DNA of 63,741 bases, the filler included, from Octopus bimaculoides (lineage: Eukaryota): NCBI RefSeq assembly GCF_001194135.2. It is 10 parts of 9 records of this genome, joined end to end, with 100 filler letters (N's around TTAATTAATTAA, not from the genome) between each part and the next. Parts side by side here need not be neighbours in the genome. Positions count along the whole stretch, not along the records: positions 62,412 to 63,741 come from NC_068983.1; 9 more parts are not named here. One strand, 5' to 3'. Shown piece by piece: positions 63,699 to 63,741 of this stretch (the stretch's first letter is position 1; the number at the start of each line of letters is the position of its first letter). A model generated the notes under the pieces. That model was not told the DNA's origin and ran no database searches. It worked only from the letters and a program-made list of their open reading frames with translations. Made by a program: the position numbers and the translations under genes.

Positions 63699-63700
<2 letters not shown>
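63290..63700 (+). mobile_element. SINE family B, full length
   Basis: Head gcgcaggagtggctgtgtggtaagtagc, full body and tail, then (TA)n. Confidence 0.92.

Positions 63701-63741
<41 letters not shown>

Overview
AT-rich, microsatellite-saturated eukaryotic genomic DNA from a gapped draft assembly. The SINE families, repeat density and gap style point to an octopod cephalopod, probably Octopus (inference, not verified). The only host coding sequence I can firmly support is two minus-strand exons (28225-28368 and 27936-28002) of a PLP-dependent aromatic L-amino-acid decarboxylase gene (DDC/HDC/TDC family). Their sizes (144 and 67 nt) match human DDC exons 6 and 7; I could not find the other exons. 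The rest is intronic or intergenic and dominated by mobile elements: dozens of tRNA-derived SINEs, five degenerate Penelope-like (GIY-YIG) relics, a 3.3-kb RTE LINE with a solo LTR nested just before its YADD motif, CR1 and R4/Dong 3' ends, a hAT transposase relic and Tc1/mariner-type MITEs. There is also a tRNA-Glu(TTC) variant. The best non-coding signal is an apparently intact type I hammerhead ribozyme (51707-51793) downstream of a Penelope endonuclease, with several decayed hammerhead-like motifs elsewhere. Almost all ORFs in the supplied track are microsatellite or N-gap artefacts. I see no CRISPR array or prokaryote-type system, and no convincing wholly novel system. The findings are candidates for testing.
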